Notes under the pieces: generated by a model | What the model saw: only the letters and a program-made list of their open reading frames with translations | The model's database searches: none | Told to the model about the DNA's origin: nothing | Assembly (NCBI RefSeq): GCF_001194135.2 | Contig: NC_069005.1 | Coordinates: forward strand, 8,497,804 to 8,561,803 | Reading direction: 5' to 3' | Length of the DNA stretch: 64,000 nucleotides | Source of the DNA: Octopus bimaculoides | Lineage: Eukaryota | Shown: positions 49,036 through 60,485 of the stretch, piece by piece | How the letters are laid out: each line of letters opens with the position of its first letter | How positions within the stretch are numbered: position 1 is the stretch's first letter | Made by a program: the position numbers and the translations under genes

Positions 49036-49358
49036 GGTGGAAGCACGTGGCTTAGTGGTTAGGGTATTTAGCACATGATTGGAAGGTCATGAGTTTGATA
49101 CTCAGCAGCACATTGGGTCCTTGAGCAAGACACTTTATTTCATGCTGCTCCAGTCCACTCAGCTGGCAAAAACGAGTTGTACCTGTAATTCAAAGGACCA
49201 ACCTTGTCACATTGTGTTGTGCTGAATCTCTCTGAGAACTATGTTAAGGGTACTAATGTCTGTGGAGTGCTCAGCCACTTGCATGTTAATTTCATGGGCA
49301 AGCTTTTCTGTCGATCAGATCAACTGGAACACTTGTCATATCCAATGGAGTGCCAGTC
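49036..49358 (+). mobile_element. SINE family C, second tandem copy
   Basis: GGAAGCACGTGGCTTAGTGGTTAGGG...TCCTTGAGCAAGACAC...CTCCAGTCCACTCAGCTGG...GATCAACTGGAAC...GGAGTGCCAGTC. Confidence 0.88.
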
Positions 49359-49687
49359 ACTTGTTTCTCCTCTCCCACTGCAACTCATTCACCAGGCAGT
49401 CAGTATGTGGTTGCCTAATTTGCTAGAAGCAAAAGCCAAATCTGTCTGCCTCAAAATACACATGAACTGTGTTAAAGAAGAAACCATTAGATAAAGTGTA
49501 TGTATGTATGTATGTATGTATGTATTTCCATTATCATTATCATCGTCATCATTTTTAGGTCTGCTTTTCTATGCGGGAATGGATTGGATAGGACGTTTTC
49601 AGTCTTAAACCCAAAGGCCCTTCCTGATATGAACTCTCAGTAATCACTTATGGCAAGCAGAGATGTAATGTACTTATTCTAAAACTG

Positions 49688-49736
<49 letters not shown>

Positions 49737-50140
49737 CTAAAAATTAATATAAACAGTCAGGTGTAATATGATATCATAAAGGAATAATTCAATTGTCACT
49801 AAGTGTGACTGAGCACCTAGATTGCTAGAAATAAGAGTTAAAGTACTCTAAATGTTGTAGAAAGAATGCATTGAGTATACATGCATGACTACTTACACAT
49901 GAAGACTGGATCTGATGGACTCTGGAAGAAAACTTTATGGTTCAATGGAGGAGAAGGCAGCTGCCTCAATGCATTGTGGCTGCAGGAATGCATCATTTGA
50001 TGGATAAACATGATGATCTAGTTCATATGTAGTTTACTTTTTCTGTAAACTTGCCTGTGGCCATACTTTTCACTTATAACCAGTCCTGTGAATCTGCCAT
50101 TTATGAACTTGTGCCTTCTCTGTTACCCTGCCTCTGATCC

Positions 50141-50188
50141 TGCTATACCTCTTCTACGTTCCTTGTGGGAATGTAGAAGAGGTGTGCA
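50141..50188 (+). other. Stable stem-loop (18-bp core, 5-nt loop); candidate structured ncRNA
   Basis: ATACCTCTTCTACGTTCC pairs with GGAATGTAGAAGAGGTGT: 16 Watson-Crick and 2 G-U pairs. Confidence 0.35.
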
Positions 50189-51245
50189 TCATATGGAATT
50201 CCTGTCTATTTCATTTCTGCATATTGGGCAAAATCATTCTATTGATAGTGGTAGCATTCTGTCTTATTTATCGAAAACTAAATTTGCTTTGGTCTTTTAC
50301 TAAATTTGCTTTGAAGATCTTTGAGTCTAGGGTTTGTTTCCAAATTGGAGTTTTTTGTTCACCTCTTCGACCAGTTTAGCAGTTAGAACCAGATGATTGA
50401 CACCAGAAGTTACCATTGACAACCAGTCCTAAACACTTCTGTTATTGCCTGAAGAATATAAGAAATAGGGCTGGGCTGAGAACTGAGCTTTGCTGCCTTG
50501 ATAACTTGGTGCTATCTCTGTGCTGACAGCATCTCTGTATACAGAGAACATACATACATTTACATATCTACATATACACACTCATTTGTGTATATGTGCA
50601 TTTGTGAATATATACATATGTGTATATGTGTATGTTTCTGTATGTACATGCTTGTTAGCATATGTGTTTATGTTTGTATTATAGATGTGTGTACCCACAT
50701 ACACTACACACGCACACACACACACATATGTGCAAGAGCGCATGTATATATAATGAATTAATGTTGTAGTGCTTCAGTAATAACATGTTTTATTTCTTGT
50801 TTCTTTCATGGTAAAAGCTATTATTTGTTGGTTAGTGTGACTGCAGTCACTTTTTCCTTCTTATCAGAATAATTTCCTTGCGTGCCATCGGATATGTCTT
50901 CAGTTCTTTCTACATGGCCATCGGAGCTGTCAAATAATCTGCTCAAAGTCTGATGACGACAAACACTTTATTTATTTATTTTTATGTTTTACCTGAAATC
51001 AATTTACCATATGTAGATTAGTATTGTGTGTGTTTTCTTTCTTTGATTTTGTTGTTGTTGTTGATATTAATGTTTGGTTATTGGTGTTTGCATGGCTATG
51101 TCTTTAAATATATCTATTGTTTATAATTAATATTATTCTTAATATATATATATAAAAATAAAAACCCATCATTAATTTCTGTTAGTTTCTGCTTTTTTTT
51201 TTTTATTGATCATTTAAAAAAAAATGATGAAATAATAACAGTAAC

Positions 51246-51300
<55 letters not shown>
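51246..51300. repeat. (ATT)n microsatellite
   Basis: About 18 perfect units directly upstream of a family B SINE. Confidence 0.97.
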
Positions 51301-51301
<1 letters not shown>

Positions 51302-51302
<1 letters not shown>

Positions 51303-51516
51303 GGTGGTGAGTTGGCAGAATTGTTAGCATGCCAGGCAAAATGCTTAGTGGCATTTCGTCCGTCTTTATGTTCTGATTTGAAATTCCTCTGAGGTTGATT
51401 TTGCCTTTCATCCTTTTGAGGTTGATGAAATAAGTACCAGTTACATACTGGGCTGGATATAATCAACTAGCCCCTCTCTCTCAAAATTTCAGGCCTTGTG
51501 CCTTTAGTAGTAAGGA
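51302..51516 (+). mobile_element. SINE family B
   Basis: GGTGGTGAGTTGGCAGAATTGTTAGC...TTTGCCTTTCATCCTTTTGAGGTTGATGAAATAAGTACCAG...GGCCTTGTGCC; preceded by about 18 ATT units. Confidence 0.88.
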
Positions 51517-51546
51517 TTATTATTATTATTGTTGTTGTTGTTGTTA

Positions 51547-51725
51547 AGCTGGTTAGCTGGCAGAATTGTTTGCATGCTTGGCAACATTTTGTTTATCTTT
51601 ATGTCCTGGGTTCAAGTTCCATTGAGGCTGACTTTGCCTTAACATCCTTTTGAGGTTGGTAAAATAAGTACCAGTTGAGTACTGGGGTCAGTGTAATTCC
51701 TGGTCTTGTGCCAAAATTTGAAAAC
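51547..51725 (+). mobile_element. SINE family B, tandem to the previous copy
   Basis: Head AGCTGGCAGAATTGTT, same core, ends GGTCTTGTGCCAAAATTTGAAA. Confidence 0.8.
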
Positions 51726-52135
51726 AACATATTGGTTTGTAATGGCAACTGATAATTCATAAACATAGCACACGCATACACACACACACACACCTGTTTA
51801 CAGACTACTTACAGAAACAGGTATGCGTATACACATACAAACACCTGTGCATGAATAGGATTTTTGTTTTTTTAGAGAAATGTTTGGCTAACAATTTAAT
51901 AAGCACTCTTTGATTCCTTTTTAAGAAAAAAACTTCTCCCAGTTTCTGACAAGTGATCTAATAGGAGACGTTTGAAATGTCTATTTTGTTTGTATGTGTG
52001 TGTGTGTATACATATATATAAAAACTAACTTTAGATTAGTTAAACTACCTTTGTAACACACACACACACACACACATACACACACACATATAAACTAACT
52101 TTAGGTTAGTTAAAATATGTTTGTAACATACAAGC

Positions 52136-52167
<32 letters not shown>

Positions 52168-52859
52168 GTATATTTGGTGACCTCTCTGCTACTGGTGTTT
52201 GTGCCATGTAAAAGCACTCAGTTCATGCGGTAAAGTGGTTGGCATTAAGAAGGGAATCCAGGTGTAAAAACCATACCAAAGTAGAGCTTAACACAGTCAT
52301 CTAACTTACCAGCTCCTGCAAAACTGTCCAACCTATGCGAGCATGGAAAGCAGACATTAAATGATGATGATGATGATGATGATATATATAGATATATATA
52401 NNNNNNNNNNNNNNNNNNNNNNNNNNNNNNNNNNNNNNNNNNNNNNNNNNNNNNNNNNNNNNNNNNNNNNNNNNNNNNNNNNNNNNNNNNNNNNNNNNNN
52501 NNNNNNNNNNNNNNNNNNNNNNNNNNNNNNNNNNNNNNNNNNNNNNNNNNNNNNNNNNNNATATATATATATATATATATAGCAAGCATGGTTGTGTGTT
52601 AATAAGCTTGCTTCCTAACCACAAAGCTTTGGGTTCAATTTCACTGCTTGGCACCTTAAGCAGGTGTCTTTTATCAAGCCCTGGGCTGACCAATGCCTTA
52701 TGAGTGGATCTGGTAGATGTAATCCGAAAGAAGCTTCTCCTATACAGAGAAGCTTCTTCGAAAGAAGCTTCTCTGTAAAGTCTTGTCTCAGTATTCTTAA
52801 CAGAGCAGTGTCTGCTGTAACAATAGAATATGAAGAACCATATATATCATGTGCCATTG

Positions 52860-53100
52860 GTAGGTAACTACATATCACTCTCAATTTCCGACTTCCCTCT
52901 CTTCTCTCAATCACTGCTTTCCCCTCCCCACTCTCTCAAATTTTTTACTTCCTATAATCTTTTCTCATTTTGAAATTTTTTTCTGATGAAGGATTAGTGT
53001 CCAAAATGTCAAGACTTAGCCTTCTTTTTAAGTATTAAACCAGTACAGCAGTTGATAAAACTTGTTTTCCTTTGTTGTCTTCTTGTTCTCATTGCCTATT
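52860..53100 (+). mobile_element. Second putative Penelope-like pseudo-LTR remnant with decayed hammerhead core
   Basis: CTGATGAAGGATTAGTGTCCAAAATGTCAAG (52983-53013) in the same context as the 27157 copy. Confidence 0.48.
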
Positions 53101-53779
53101 GTATCAGTACGTATGTAGAAAGAGCAGCAGACTTGGCTTTCTTCTAGGCCTCTAGGATATGCAAGAAGAAAGCAGGATGTCAACTTTAGACTGGAGACCT
53201 GACCTCAATACTTGCTATAGAGTGGACCCTGCTAAAGATATACATGGGCCAAATGGTGTTAAACACAGAGTACTGGTTTAAATTTCCTATTCAAGACCAT
53301 GACTATCCTTCTGACTGGCACTCACATGGTTTCTGCCAACCAAATTCCTCTCACAAGGCTTTTGGTCAAGCGAAGGCCCTGACAGAAAACACATGGCCAA
53401 AGAGCCGTTCCATTGAATTGAACATAAAACTGCATAATTGCAATGCTAACTTCTTTATTACACAACTATGCCTTGCTTACTCTCTCTGTCTCTTTCTCTC
53501 TGTCTGTCCTCTCTCCCTTTCTTGCTGTATCTCTTCTCTCTCTCTCTCTCTCTCTGTCGCTGTCTACAGTAATCACTGTTGCTGCTTTAATAACCTTGTG
53601 ATGATCTGTCTGTTTGACTGTTTGTCTGCCAGTATGTCTACCCCTGCTCCTCTCCCCTTTTTCTCTACAAAAGAATTACAATGAACTTGTTAGGTAATCA
53701 ACATTGTTAATCAATTCACTGATTGATACTTAATTTATACCACGCAAGTGTAATAAAAGAGAGTTCAATTATTCAACCG

Positions 53780-54045
53780 TTGGTAATCAAGGATATCTGT
53801 CAATGGATGATTAACTGCCTTTTTGTAATCAGGGTGGAGTAAACCCGCCAGATGGGGTGGCAGAGATGTGGGAATGGTATGTGTGATTAAATGCCATTTT
53901 GTTAGTAAGGTTAGACTAACCCCACCAAAGGATGGGGTAGGGGATATACAGGGTGAAAGGTGTGTGGGGTTAAATACCTTTTTGTAATCAGGGAGAGTAA
54001 ACCTACTACAAGGGTTGGTGGAGAGAGGGGCAAGATGTATTAACC
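53780..54045. repeat. Degenerate G-rich minisatellite, about 70-83 bp unit, about 3.5 copies
   Basis: TTAA.T.CCTTTTTGTAATCAGGG...GTAAACC...GGGG unit at about 53810, 53886 and 53969, partial at 54039. Confidence 0.7.
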
Positions 54046-57000
54046 CAAGTGTGAAAACGCACCACATAAGCACTAATAATAAAATGCCTATACGTACCAC
54101 CACTACCTACAGAGGTTCACAGTATCCCTTGAAGGAGAAGGCATATAGTGATGTGCCCTACAAAAAGTAGAAGCTAAATCTCCCTTAAATCATACCTGAC
54201 TTCCTAAAGAAAAGAAAGTCATGTATTTGGCAATGTAGTTTTAGATGCTCTTCTAAAATGTCGGCTGGTGATGGCACAACTGGACTGGTTTTGATCATAT
54301 ATTTACTCAGTTGGGGGCAACCTGGAGCTAAGCAACAACAGTAGCACAAACTGAACCTCTGCTTATACATGATTCAAAGAAGGAGCCTTTTACAACTAAA
54401 TCACCCTCAAACCACAGCCTGTGGACTTAAAGTGAGGAAGAGCTTATTAAAGATTAGAGTCCCTAACTAATATACAAAATGACTAGATGATATAAATATA
54501 TATNNNNNNNNNNNNNNNNNNNNNNNNNNNNNNNNNNNNNNNNNNNNNNNNNNNNNNNNNNNNNNNNNNNNNNNNNNNNNNNNNNNNNNNNNNNNNNNNN
54601 NNNNNNNNNNNNNNNNNNNNNNNNNNNNNNNNNNNNNNNNNNNNNNNNNNNNNNNNNNNNNNNNNNNNNNNNNNNNNNNNNNNNNNNNNNNNNNNNNNNN
54701 NNNNNNNNNNNNNNNNNNNNNNNNNNNNNNNNNNNNNNNNNNNNNNNNNNNNNNNNNNNNNNNNNNNNNNNNNNNNNNNNNNNNNNNNNNNNNNNNNNNN
54801 NNNNNNNNNNNNNNNNNNNNNNNNNNNNNNNNNNNNNNNNNNNNNNNNNNNNNNNNNNNNNNNNNNNNNNNNNNNNNNNNNNNNNNNNNNNNNNNNNNNN
54901 NNNNNNNNNNNNNNNNNNNNNNNNNNNNNNNNNNNNNNNNNNNNNNNNNNNNNNNNNNNNNNNNNNNNNNNNNNTTAAGAAAAAAAAAATGTCTATACCT
55001 GAAACTAAAAAGTTAGTATAATCTTGGCTTGAATGATTTTGGTTATAGCTGTCTTTTGGTCATTTTGTTGATTAACAGGGATGGGAGGTTGCCAGCCATT
55101 TATAGACTTGCTCATTGGTCATCAGACTCTTTGGCTTCTTATCTGCTACTGTGTCTACTTTGTCTGTTTGATGATCTCAATACCACTAAATAAAATGTTA
55201 AAAACTGAAAAGAGTGAGAGAGAGAGAGAAACAAAAAAAGACCGTAGAAAAGCAAGAAGAAACATTGATGATAGATTTGTTTAATTTCTTGCTCCCCCCA
55301 CCTCTCTCTCTCTCTTGAAAGACGGATGGTTTTTGTTAATTTAACCTTTCCTTTCACTTGGAACTAGCACCAAAGTTATGTGATTAACAATGAGGTGTTT
55401 TTCGGATTTTCATTTTCTGAAGTTTGATTGGCTGGGAATTACGATTTATAGCAGATCATAGATTTTTGTCAATCAAGTTTATCAATAATAAGGCTTCGCA
55501 TTAGATGTTGTGTACTTTTATATTAAAGAGGTGATATTAAGCGTTGCACCTAATCAAACCAAACCAGATCCGACCAGCGCAGACTAAACCCGACCTGACC
55601 CAACCCATTCCAGCCAGATCAAGACCTAACTTCAACAGATTGAATAACTAAAGCTGGAAGGTAACTAACAGAAGTGTCAAGAGACAGAGGTGGAGAGAGA
55701 GAGAGAGAGAGAGAGAGCGACAGAGGGAGAGAGAATAACAGACGGAGAAAAAGCAGAGCAGCAGGAGAGAGAAAGAAAGATTGATTGAGTGAGATGGACA
55801 TTGAGACAGAGTGTGGGGGGGGGGTGAGACAGGTCAGAGCAGAGAAGGCAATGAGAGAAGCACTAAGCAGAATGTATTACTTGGTTAACTCAGTCTTAAT
55901 TCATACCAACACCGACTGGCCATCAACGACGGTGATGGCAACCGTAGAGATGTAGATAAAACAGCCGGCCAGGCAGGCGTTGGAGTGATTATATTGATGA
56001 TGATTAATGAGGTCTTTCAAGCACAGCTTCACTTTTGACCAACGAAATACTTACTTATTAGTATTGTCTAATGAATAACTATTGTGTTAGATATTTTAAT
56101 TTAGCCAACCTGTCTGACAAGGTAAATATATAGTGGAGTTTTCCTCTTCTTATGGCGGTTAGAAAGTAATAATGACAATGATGACGATGAACGATAACAG
56201 CAACAATAGTTGTAGTAGTAGTAGTAATAGTAGTAATGATAATAATAGTAACAACAATAGTAGTAGTAGTAGTAGTAATAATAAAAATAATAATGGTTTC
56301 AAACTTTGGCACGAGACCAGCAATTTCAGGGGAGGGAATAAGTGGATTATATCAACCCCAGTGCTCAACTGGTACTTATTCTATCGATTGCAAAAGGATG
56401 AAAGGCTAAGACAACCTTGGTAGAAATGCTAAAAGGTTAATGAAAGGTGTATACAAGTGGTGAAACTGGTATATGGGAGATGGCTTCTTCTTGAATTCTG
56501 AATGGAGATTGCAGTCAGGAGATAGCAAAATGTGACCAGGTTTGAAGGGTAGACTAAGTCTTGTGATGCCTTGATTTTCCAAGATGGTGACTTCTCATCC
56601 CTTTAATGAAAATTATCTTTCTAATCTAAATGATGACTTGCATATTTATTCGTAATATGTTCTGGCAGCAATTAGCAATTTAATGTTTGAATTGACCACA
56701 ACGTATTAATAAATACACAAGTCATCGTTTTGATTATCACTGTTCACTGTGCATATAATGATTATTATCACTTGGCAGATATCAGCACAGATCAGAAAAC
56801 AAACTGTTTGCTGAAGTTATAAACCAGAGCACAGCCCTTGTTAAAATTCTTCAATCTTGGGTTGCCTCTGGCTGACAAGACACAATGTTGTTAAAACACC
56901 AAATGTCCCAGAGTCCTTTGCACTAATGAGTTGAGCATGTTATGAAAACATCATCATTAGTCATCATTTAACGTCCGTTTTCCATGCTGGTTTGGGTAGG

Positions 57001-57397
57001 ACTGTTTGATAGGAACTGACCAGTCAGAAGACTACACCAAACTCTGCTGTCTGTTTTGGTGTGGTTTCTCTGACTGGATGCCGTCCTGTATTCCAATCAC
57101 TTTACAGAGTGTACCAGATGCTTTAATACATGGTTCATCTTCATAAAGGAGAAATTGTCCTTCTGTAATGAAACTCAACAGTGATTAGCATATTCATGTT
57201 CCAATCTGCCGAAACATATTAAGAATAAATGTGCATATCATCATTTTGATTCTCCTTTGTTCACCTTGCAGCATATAAAGAATTTTTAATCTGTTTACTT
57301 TTCTCATAAAGACTCAATAAAGACAAATGATCAAAAATGTTGCTTTGCAACTGAAAAATCCCAGTTTCAGTCTATTAACATAACCTAGGGTCAAGGT

Positions 57398-57585
57398 AGA
57401 ATGATTAGCATACTGGAAAAATGCTTAGTGGTATCTAGTCTGTCTTCATATTCTGAGTTCAAATTTTGCCAAGATGACTTTGTCTTTCATCCTTTTGGGA
57501 TTCATAAAGTAAGTACTGTTGATGTAATCGACACTTACTCCCCTCCCCTGAAAATGCTGGCCTTGTGCCAAAATTTGAAAGCAAT
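57398..57585 (+). mobile_element. SINE family B
   Basis: GAATGATTAGCATAC...GAGTTCAAATTTTGCC...TTTCATCCTTTTGGG...GGCCTTGTGCCAAAATTTGAAA; abuts the Tx1-like fragment. Confidence 0.78.
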
Positions 57586-57589
57586 AGAG

Positions 57590-57960
57590 CAAGGGACGAT
57601 GGTCAAGCGATAGTAGATGACAGTTGTGATGTATGCATTTGCCACCTTCACTCAACCTTTCTGGGACAGCTTCCTCTCGGCCCATTTCTGGGTAAGATTG
57701 GCTACCCTACTCATCTCTTCGTTCCAGTTTTTCTCTACCTGGAAGTTCGGACCAGACTCTAAGCAACTTAACGGGACCATCTGTCCAGCACCCCACCACG
57801 CTGTTGGACGGCATGTACTTGCCTCTCCAGGTGCCGAGTTAATTTTTGCTCCTGTCACGGCTTCATATTCTTGTTGTGTTTCGCCAATCAGGTCTATATG
57901 CCTGTGGCTTGAAACAGCATAAGTGACATCATCAGCATAAGCAGACACACATAGGTTTAC
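57590..57960 (-). mobile_element. Non-LTR retrotransposon RT fragment, L1/Tx1-like
   Basis: Minus-strand SAYADDVTYAVSSHRHIDLIGETQQEYEAVTGAKIN...NWNEEMSRVANLTQKWAERKLSQKG*VKVANAYITTVIYYRLTIVPC. YADD catalytic motif followed by a GAKIN and W..RKLS..G thumb region typical of L1/Tx1 ORF2. Confidence 0.85.
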
Positions 57961-58071
57961 ATTGATTTGTGTTTTACATATATATATATGAATGTATGAA
58001 TGTAGTATATATATATATCTTTGTATGAATGTAGTATATATATGTGTGTGTAGTATATATATGTGTGTGTA

Positions 58072-58117
<46 letters not shown>

Positions 58118-58295
58118 NNNNNNNNNNTGTGTGTGTGTGTAGTATATATATGTGTGTGTGTGTAGTATATATATGTGTGTGTGTGTGTAGTATATATATA
58201 TGTATGTATGTAGTATGTATATATGTATGAATGTAGTATATATATATATGTATGTATGATATTATTATTATTATTATTGTGGTGGTGGTGGTGGT

Positions 58296-58512
58296 GGTGG
58301 TGAGCTGGTAGAATTGTTAGTGTATGGACAAAATGCTCAGCAGCATTTGTTTGAGCTCTTTGTGTTCTGAGTTAAATTCTGCTGAGGTCAACTTTGCTTT
58401 TCATCCTTACTGAGTTGATAAACTAAAGTAGCAGTCAAATGTTACGGTTAATGTAATCAGCTAACACCCTCCCCTCACAATTGCTGGCCTTGTGCTAATA
58501 TCAGAAAACATT
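58296..58512 (+). mobile_element. SINE family B
   Basis: GGTGGTGAGCTGGTAGAATTGTTAG head after (ATT)n(GTG)n; same core. Confidence 0.82.
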
Positions 58513-58702
58513 ATCATGATTATTATTATTATCATCATTATTATTGTCACCTCTGTGAAATAATTCTACATTTGCAGCTGTTCATTTTTGCTAATAAGAC
58601 AGACAAAGCTTAAAAACACTTGCGCTATGGCAAGACTTCAGTGTGTGCCAAATCAGAACTTGTGTGTGTGTGCGTGTATAATTTATATATGTATGCCCAT
58701 GC

Positions 58703-58758
<56 letters not shown>

Positions 58759-59348
58759 ATATATATATATTTATATATGAAGATGTGTGTTTATCTGGGT
58801 ATATATCTATATTTTCGGATCTACATGCACATACACACACACACACATGCAACAGACATATATGCACTTATACGTACAGACATACATACATACATGTATA
58901 CCACATAGATACATGCATACACATATATATATATATATAAACACAAATCTATATAAACCTATCTATTACATACTTTCCTTAATTCCTTCCAACTTACTGG
59001 CATACATGCAAACAGATACATATATTCACTGATATATTTGCATATACAGTTGCATGTTTACACACACACACACCCACGCATATATATATATACATATACG
59101 CACATATATATATATATATGTATATATATAGACACATACATAGATACACAGTGATATATGCTTATATAAATGTGCATATACACACACGCATATACACACA
59201 CACATATACACATAAACACTATTTTATTGCAATTTACAAATGTTAAAAAAAATCATTATTTCATACGATTGCCCACACACACACATGTATGTATGAATAT
59301 ATAAACACACATTCACACACATATAAACATTTATATATATGCATATAA

Positions 59349-59400
<52 letters not shown>

Positions 59401-59896
59401 TTTTCGTTATTCATGATTAAATGTTTACATGAAGAAATAATCAGATTTAAATTGAAACTTGTTAAACTCACAAGATACAAATGTTCATGTTACTACAGTG
59501 TAAGACAAAATTTGCTGTTGCCATGGTGTTAGACATGAAAATATATCTGTGTTTTTGTTTTGTTGTTATTTATTTATTTCCTCATAGTGTTGCATTCATT
59601 TTCTTTCAGGCAATCATGATTGGAATGATTTCTGTTAATTAGAATACATTAACATTTTTAATCATTTCGATGAGTGAATCAAGTTCATATCTGGCCAGAG
59701 CCTGTTGTTGGATTAACAGTGGATGAGTCGAATCACAACTCATTTTCATACTGCTCCAATTTGATATTTTGCCTTGTAATCTATCTTGGAAGTCATTGTG
59801 TCCCTTATCTGATGCCCCCGTGGCAAATAAAAGAAACCATCATTGTCATCATCATCATCATCATTATTATTATTATCATTATTATTACTATTATTA

Positions 59897-60110
59897 AAGC
59901 AGAAAGCTGGCAGAATCGTTAGCACACTGGGTGAAATGCTTAGTGGCATTTCATCCACCTTGATGTTCTGAGTTCAAATTCCGCTGAGGTTGACTTTGCC
60001 TTTCATCCTTTTGTGGTTGATAAATTAAGTACCAGTGAAACACTGGGGTCGATGTAATCAATTAGTCCATTCCCCCAAAATTTCAGCTCTTGTGCCTATA
60101 GTAGAAAGGA
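59897..60110 (+). mobile_element. SINE family B
   Basis: AGCTGGCAGAATCGTTAGCAC...GAGTTCAAATTCCGCTGAGGTTGACTTTGCCTTTCATCC..., flanked by (ATT)n on both sides. Confidence 0.88.
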
Positions 60111-60194
60111 TTATTATTATCATTACTATTATTATTATTATTATCATTATTATTATTATTATTATTATCATTATTATTATTATCATCATCATCA

Positions 60195-60485
60195 AAGCTA
60201 GCAGAATTGTTAGATGCTGGGTGAAATGCAAGATTGTGGTTCCCATTTCCAGATTGGCTGTGAGTTATGTTCTTGAGCAAGACACTCCATTTCACATAGC
60301 TCCAGATCACTGAGCTGTAAATGGGTAGGTAACTCTGCAACTGACTGGCAATCCATTCAGGTGGAGTGGTGGCCTGCTTGCCCAGCTTGTAGGGTGGCAT
60401 CATTTGAAAGCTGCAACAATGCAAAGAATCACATTGTGATCAATGGTGTGTAACAGCATCTGATAATCTGGTTAGATACAACGAT
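60195..60485 (+). mobile_element. Composite SINE: family-B head joined to a C-like central domain with a different 3' part
   Basis: 60195-60229 is a B head (AGCTAGCAGAATTGTTAGATGCTGGGTGAAATGC). From about 60230 it reads TTCTTGAGCAAGACAC...CTCCAGATCACTGAGCTGTAAATGGGT...GACTGGCAATCCATTCAGGTGGAGT. Confidence 0.6.

Noticed and set aside
59595-59645. Strong plus-strand acceptor CATTTTCTTTCAG
   Set aside because: Stops follow within about 11 codons in all frames, there is no donor partner, and there is no supporting context.
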